The notes beneath the pieces are model-generated. The model saw only the letters and a program-made list of their open reading frames with translations, made no database searches and was not told the origin of the DNA. This document shows positions 63,059 to 64,000 of a DNA stretch of 64,000 nt, piece by piece; within the stretch, counting starts at the first letter, position 1, and every line of letters begins with the position of its first letter. This DNA is from Styela clava (Eukaryota). The translations under genes were made by a program, and so were the position numbers. The DNA is taken from the NCBI RefSeq assembly GCF_964204865.1, contig NC_135261.1, forward strand, positions 5,518,001 through 5,582,000, written 5' to 3'.

Positions 63059-64000
63059 GTAGCTTATTTCCAGCAGCCTGGTTGTACAGCGGGCGCTCCA
63101 GAAGTGTGTGTACCAATATGAAGGTAACTAATTTGTCTACTTTACATCAAGTTGTGTAAACATGTGGGTTATTCACTTGGCTAACACAGACAGACCCCGA
63201 ACTCATAATAGAATTAAAAAGGGAAATCGGTATAAAATTATGGCTTAACCTTTATTATTGCATTGGATTTATTGTTGCAGTAACCAACCTTGTGAATGTT
63301 TGCCTTTCACATTCAATAGATAAGGTTTTGTATGAAAGGTTTGCTAGCTTCAGGTGCACAATGCTTATAATATGTCCCATGTGTGAAAGTGCTCTGTAAA
63401 ATTGATATTTATCATGGCCAAGTATGAATGTGTATATTATTTTTATTGAGTTATTAATGATTAAAATGAAGCATTTTGTCAGTCTGACATAGCCCAAGAT
63501 TATTTACTTTTGATATTCCGAACTTTTGCATGAAACATACCGTAAGTTTATTTCGACTCCATAATCAGCATAATAGACGATAAAATAATTGATACAAAGT
63601 AAATAAAACTGATTAGAGATAAAAATCTCCTCATAGTGTAGTATGGGTAAGAATAAGAAGGTCTAAAACATACAGATTTCGGACTATGTTACGTTTACAT
63701 ATGTGACTACTGTGCAACAATTGAATTAATAAAGATAATTTTATCACAGTACTGAATAACAATTCCCACTAAATGGACAAGATTCGTTCTGATCCGTTAC
63801 CAAGTCTCCAAACCATTAATAAACTAGTCCTAGCTGTTCTAAACGTTGCGCACAAAGCTCATTTTGTGTCTCCAATCAAGTCTCCACAATTATATATTTT
63901 TGCTTCCATTCTAGCCATAATCAAATTATTTCCAAACCATAAACACTACTATGATATACCCACTGTAATACTCTGTACAAAAACAAATAATTGATTGATT

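Overview
AT-rich eukaryotic (animal) genomic DNA with GT-AG introns and a dense load of MITEs. The gene style and repeat content suggest an invertebrate chordate such as an ascidian (inference only). Host genes: a 7-coding-exon core 1 beta-1,3-galactosyltransferase (C1GALT1, minus strand, 15342-7487, 361 aa), then a same-strand, intron-poor, operon-like cluster of a frameshifted FKBP12 pseudogene (not in the ORF track), intronless cyclin Q (CCNQ/FAM58A) and a 2-exon CD36/SCARB2 (LIMP-2) family gene. A complete PIF/Harbinger transposon (30814-35538, 16-bp TIRs, CAA TSD, intact DDE transposase plus Myb/SANT gene) sits just upstream of that cluster's putative promoter. The last ~19 kb has no intact long ORF. 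It is bracketed by long inverted, internally repetitive ends (44886 and 63058) and contains a ~2-kb diverged palindrome with back-to-back tRNA-like Pol III heads, converging micro-exon chains, a tandem exon-intron array and decayed ORFs. This is the best candidate for an undescribed element. A second notable signal is TA-flanked GGTACCGG/GGC modules clustered near the promoter and inserted into the FKBP12 pseudogene, possibly transposon excision footprints. All alignments and coordinates were read by eye; no searches were run.
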